DNA from: a virus
Taxonomy: Duplodnaviria; Caudoviricetes
DNA length: 55,976 nucleotides
Direction: 5' to 3' (one strand)
IMG/VR virus record: IMGVR_UViG_3300043754_000130
Location: 1 to 55,976 of that record
This document shows, in pieces, positions 52,744 to 55,976 of this stretch; the stretch's first letter is position 1, and every line of letters starts with the position of its first letter. The notes under the pieces are model-generated. The model made no database searches. It worked only from the letters and a program-made list of their open reading frames with translations, and had not been told where the DNA came from. Position numbers and translations under genes: made by a program.

Positions 52744-53268
52744 TCAGGCCGCGAGCGCGGTCTCCGCGGTCTTGATCGCGCCGGCCGCGGCCGACTCGGC
52801 GTCCTTCACGAACACGCCGAGCGCGTTCCACAGGGAGACGACGCCGTTGACGAAGTTGCGCACCTGGACGGCGAGCGAGCTCCAGTCGGCCTTGAGGGTC
52901 GGCAGGGCGTTGTTGACGTAGGTCTCGGTCGCGTTCAGCACGGCGGCGAGCTTCTCGTCGCCGGTCTTGCCGGTCTGCTCGGCGAGCTGGACGGCGTTCA
53001 CGACGAAGGCCTGGACCAGTTGGACGTCTTCGAGGGCGGCGCCGGCCTTGGTCAGGACGGTGAGCACGACCGACGAAGCGGAAGTGAGAAGTTGAGCGGC
53101 GTTCATGGGGGGCGGCCCTCCTTGGGCCTGAATAGGCGGTGTGGGCGCCTGTGCGGGGACTTCGCGCACGGACCCCGGCTCCAGGGAGGGGGAAGCTGGA
53201 GCCGAGGCCCGTGCGCCCGCGCGCGGCCACACCCGCGCGCGAAGCTTGTTGAAGAGGTCGAAGGTCAT
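52744..53268 (-). CDS. LL-H-holin-like protein; second in-frame start at 53106
   Basis: AVQLAEQTGKTGDEKLAAV motif; ATGA-coupled to the endolysin; AAGGAGG before the internal ATG. Confidence 0.6.
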   Translation of the reverse strand: MTFDLFNKLRARVWPRAGARASAPASPSLEPGSVREVPAQAPTPPIQAQGGPPPMNAAQLLTSASSVVLTVLTKAGAALEDVQLVQAFVVNAVQLAEQTGKTGDEKLAAVLNATETYVNNALPTLKADWSSLAVQVRNFVNGVVSLWNALGVFVKDAESAAAGAIKTAETALAA

Positions 53269-53726
53269 GCGGCGCTCGCTGGTGCCGAGGTGACGTCGAA
53301 CCGGTAGAGGTTCGAGCCATTCATGATGGCGATGAGCTTGCCGCCGTAGGCCGGGTCGGTGGCGTATCGGCCGGTCAGCATCCGGGCGAAGGCTTCCGGG
53401 CTCGCCGCCTCAGCCATCGCTGGCCGGTAGCGGGGATCGGTCGCCAGGAGTTCACCGTGGGCGTCGAAGGCCGCGTCGATGGAGGCGAACTTGCGGAAGC
53501 GCGCCTCGACGTGGACGACCTTTCCGCCTTCGACCTCAGTCGTGGCAGCGGTGACGAATGGCTGGCCGGGCGCCGCCTTGATGCCGAAGGGGTTGTCGCT
53601 CCCCTCCGGGACATCTTTGCCCCATGCGCTTTCGTCAGCCCATTGGGCCAGCGTGACCGATGCGGGCACGCCCCATTTGCGCGCAGCCGCCTGCGCGGCC
53701 GCGATAACGTCCGGTGTCGGTTGCAT
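53265..53726 (-). CDS. Endolysin, GH73 glucosaminidase/FlgJ-like
   Basis: PASVTLAQWADESAWG, NPFGIKA, FRKFAS, YATDPAY. Confidence 0.92.
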   Translation of the reverse strand: MQPTPDVIAAAQAAARKWGVPASVTLAQWADESAWGKDVPEGSDNPFGIKAAPGQPFVTAATTEVEGGKVVHVEARFRKFASIDAAFDAHGELLATDPRYRPAMAEAASPEAFARMLTGRYATDPAYGGKLIAIMNGSNLYRFDVTSAPASAA

Positions 53727-53751
53727 AACGATGTCCCTTGGGTTCAGCCGA

Positions 53752-53946
53752 TCAGTCGGCGGCTTCGTCGTCGATCGTCCCGGGCGCGGGTTTCGACTTC
53801 CACGCGTTGGGCTTTCTCACCGGCCACGGCGACAGTCCCGGCAGGATGTCGGCCGCTTGCCGGACGTATTCCCGGCGCTCGGCGTGCCAGTAGAGTTGCT
53901 TCATTCTGGCCGTGTCTTGGAAGGCGGTCAGCTCGTCGGCGGTCAT
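53752..53946 (-). CDS. Hypothetical protein
   Basis: ATGA-coupled; GGAG RBS. Confidence 0.55.
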   Translation of the reverse strand: MTADELTAFQDTARMKQLYWHAERREYVRQAADILPGLSPWPVRKPNAWKSKPAPGTIDDEAAD

Positions 53947-54122
53947 GGGGTAAGCTCTCCGGTCTTCCAGCGCTCACGTTCGCGACGGATGCGATCGCGC
54001 CAGTTCGCGACGTGAAAGGTCAGCTCGACGCCGCTGCGACGGTCTAGCTCGGCCAGCCAATCCTTGCCGTCCGGGGTGGCGAGGACGCGGGCAGTCAGTG
54101 CCGAGAACTGCGCCTCGGTCAT
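53943..54122 (-). CDS. 59-aa hypothetical protein
   Basis: Translated by hand (MTEAQFSALTARVLATPDGKDWLAEL..); ATGA overlaps at both ends. Confidence 0.6.
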   Translation of the reverse strand: MTEAQFSALTARVLATPDGKDWLAELDRRSGVELTFHVANWRDRIRRERERWKTGELTP

Positions 54123-55384
54123 GCGGCGAACAGGCCGAGCTTGTTGGTCGGTTGATCGGTCGGCGTCGGGATTCCGAGCCGGTTCGCATCGTCCATCACC
54201 ATCTCAGGCGTGACGACGTCACGGCCGCGCGGCCCGAACTGCGCGTGGTAGTGGAAGGCCGCCATTTCCCGCTCCGAGAACCAGCCTCCGCGCGTCGAGT
54301 GGCTATCCGGCGCCGCCAGCGTCCGGTGCTGGACGGTCCGGATGCCCGGGTGATCCTTCTCGTCACCGCTGTGATAGTGGCCGGTGTGGATGTGGCCGAC
54401 TTTGGTCCTCCCCCAGAGTTCGCGGAACATGGCCGCGAACAGCATGGGCAGGCTTTCCTTCTTCCGCTTGTGGCCGTGGCTGAAGCCGAGGAAGTTCACG
54501 CCGAACGCGATGGCCTGATACGGCAGGTCGCAGTCGAGAATGTCGACGCGGGGCTCGGCCTCGTAGTGCGTCAGCAGGATCTCGCGGAGCCAAGGCGTGC
54601 TGCTCAGGTCGTGGTTGCCTTCGATGACGACAATTCGGACCTTCCCGTGCTTCTCCAACAGGATCTGGACGACCCGGCGAAGCGCCCGAACGACGGTGCG
54701 GACAACACGGCGCTGGCGACCATCCGCGTCGAGCGGGTGTCGGTGCGTCGGCGTCACGGGGTCCGGGCCGTCGAAGTGGAGCAGATCGCCCATCAGAGCC
54801 AGGATCGCCGTTCCACTGTTCGACTTGGCCGACAGGTACGTGATGGCCCGAACCAGCGTCTCTTCGGCGATTTCGAGGTTCCAGTCCGCTCCGACGGCGT
54901 CGCTGTCGCTGGCGTGCGCCTGCATCCCGAAATGGTAGTCGGTGACGGGGTATAGGGTGCACAGCTCGTCGTTGACGCAGACCGGCAGCTCGGCAGGCGC
55001 AGCCTTCGGGACATCCTCCTTCAGCCCCTCAACGAACTCGCGGAGTTGCTCGACGATTGAGGAGGCTTCCGGGTGCTGGCGAGGCCAATATTCAACGACC
55101 TTGCCGTCCTTCACATGGGTGGTGACCTTGCCCAGGATGTAGCCGGGCGCAGTCCCTCCCACCCAGTGCCCCGGCGCGTAGCCTTCGCTCGCAGCCTTCT
55201 TCTTCAGGGTCTCAATCGAATCCCTCGGCCGGTCGTGACTGACGCCCAAGGCCCGAGCTGCAGCCTTGTAGCTGCCGTGCAGGTTGACCGCGGCGATGTA
55301 CTCTTTCTGGCGGTCGCTCGCGAAGTCGGCGAGCCGGGGATCAACGATGTAGGCGTCGGACGCGTGGGTCTCCGCCGCGGTCAT
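54119..55384 (-). CDS. HTH-fused calcineurin-like metallophosphoesterase
   Basis: HGSYKAAARALGVS HTH; DYHFG, GDLLH, GNHD, HGH, GHYH. Confidence 0.88.
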   Translation of the reverse strand: MTAAETHASDAYIVDPRLADFASDRQKEYIAAVNLHGSYKAAARALGVSHDRPRDSIETLKKKAASEGYAPGHWVGGTAPGYILGKVTTHVKDGKVVEYWPRQHPEASSIVEQLREFVEGLKEDVPKAAPAELPVCVNDELCTLYPVTDYHFGMQAHASDSDAVGADWNLEIAEETLVRAITYLSAKSNSGTAILALMGDLLHFDGPDPVTPTHRHPLDADGRQRRVVRTVVRALRRVVQILLEKHGKVRIVVIEGNHDLSSTPWLREILLTHYEAEPRVDILDCDLPYQAIAFGVNFLGFSHGHKRKKESLPMLFAAMFRELWGRTKVGHIHTGHYHSGDEKDHPGIRTVQHRTLAAPDSHSTRGGWFSEREMAAFHYHAQFGPRGRDVVTPEMVMDDANRLGIPTPTDQPTNKLGLFAA

Positions 55385-55387
55385 CGG

Positions 55388-55597
55388 TCAGCCCCCCGGC
55401 TGTTGAGGCGCCGAAAGCGCCTTCACGGCGCCGTCGACCGCCTTCATTGAGAGAGCCCCGACGAGTCCGGAGACGATCGCCAGAACAATGTCGTGGCTGT
55501 TCGGGTCGATCGGGTGGAGCACCGCCAGAACCCCGATCACGCCCAGCACGACGACGGCCGCCAGCACGACGGCTGCGGCCCAGTTGAACTTTTCCAT
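55388..55597 (-). CDS. Putative two-TM holin
   Basis: 69 aa, two hydrophobic helices, upstream of the endolysin. Confidence 0.6.
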   Translation of the reverse strand: MEKFNWAAAVVLAAVVVLGVIGVLAVLHPIDPNSHDIVLAIVSGLVGALSMKAVDGAVKALSAPQQPGG

Positions 55598-55604
55598 GAT
55601 CCCC

Positions 55605-55976
55605 TCAGTGACCGAGGATGGCTTGGCGCAGTGCCTGGCCGAACACCGCGAAAGAGGGCTCGAGCATCTTACAGATGCTCAGCGCGCCAACGATGATGCC
55701 GACGCCGTAACTCCCTGCCTGAAGGGTCGAGAGCCCCCCTACCCTGCGGCCGAACCGCTTCACCTCGCCGCCGCGCTTGAGTTCTTCCTCTGTCGGGAGA
55801 CGGACCCCCATCGCGTCGGCGATGGCGACAAGCTGCTGACTGTGGACTTTGACGGTGCCGCTGACGGCATCGACCGCAGCGCCCACGTTCTCAAGGCATC
55901 CATGAACCTCGGCGACCTGCTTCTGGAGGTCGGCGTTTGTCGGCCGGTCCTTCTGGGGGAGCTTGGAGACGGTCAA
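55605..55976 (-). CDS. Coiled-coil protein with a C-terminal hydrophobic segment (5' end may be truncated)
   Basis: Open to the window edge; precedes the holin candidate. Confidence 0.55.
   Translation of the reverse strand: MTVSKLPQKDRPTNADLQKQVAEVHGCLENVGAAVDAVSGTVKVHSQQLVAIADAMGVRLPTEEELKRGGEVKRFGRRVGGLSTLQAGSYGVGIIVGALSICKMLEPSFAVFGQALRQAILGH

Larger units (their letters stand above)
1..55976. mobile_element. Temperate siphophage genome, circularly permuted (excised form), probable Caulobacteraceae host
   Basis: Head, tail, replication, immunity, integration and lysis modules all present. No host housekeeping region. attP-like site is internal. Late genes at both window ends are on the minus strand, so the late operon wraps around. 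Confidence 0.95.

Noticed and set aside
52697-53320. Overlapping 207-aa ORF as an embedded spanin
   Set aside because: No lipobox or transmembrane segment; Arg-rich off-frame translation.
1-55976. Canonical CtrA boxes (TTAA-N7-TTAA)
   Set aside because: Only isolated TTAA half-sites were found by eye (about 878, 26337, 30479, 31942, 37267, 38097, 38121, 39344); none had a partner at 7-bp spacing.
1-55976. CRISPR array, diversity-generating retroelement, IS element, rRNA
   Set aside because: No spaced repeat array, reverse transcriptase, transposase or rRNA-like sequence was seen.

Overview
The whole window is one GC-rich temperate siphophage genome, near-complete and circularly permuted. 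An intact attP sits in the middle, so it is the excised/virion form. Close GapR and CtrA homologues point to a Caulobacteraceae-like alphaproteobacterial host. Left arm (minus strand): three signal-peptide proteins, an RcGTA-like tail tip (DUF2460, DUF2163, NlpC/P60, large tip protein), tape measure, frameshifted tail chaperone, tail tube, head-tail genes, major capsid, protease/scaffold, portal-MuF fusion, TerL and TerS. Centre: a peptide+XRE moron, replication initiator with internal origin, DnaB, two DNA methyltransferases (one with a second subunit in an overlapping frame), a CtrA homologue lacking the phosphoacceptor Asp, a GcrA-like multi-HTH protein, GapR, a cuckoo-like double hairpin, and a cro/cI switch with 17-bp operators. 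Right arm: a plus-strand early operon (Gp157, RecT/Bet, DUF968, Xis), a P4-type integrase, attP carrying a tRNA 3' end, and a lysis module (holin candidates, metallophosphoesterase, GH73 endolysin, class-3 lipase) with no visible spanins. The most notable signals are the borrowed cell-cycle regulators, the exported late proteins, the anti-SD sRNA candidate, and C-terminal Ala-Ala on many non-virion proteins. All calls come from motif recognition by eye; no database searches were run.
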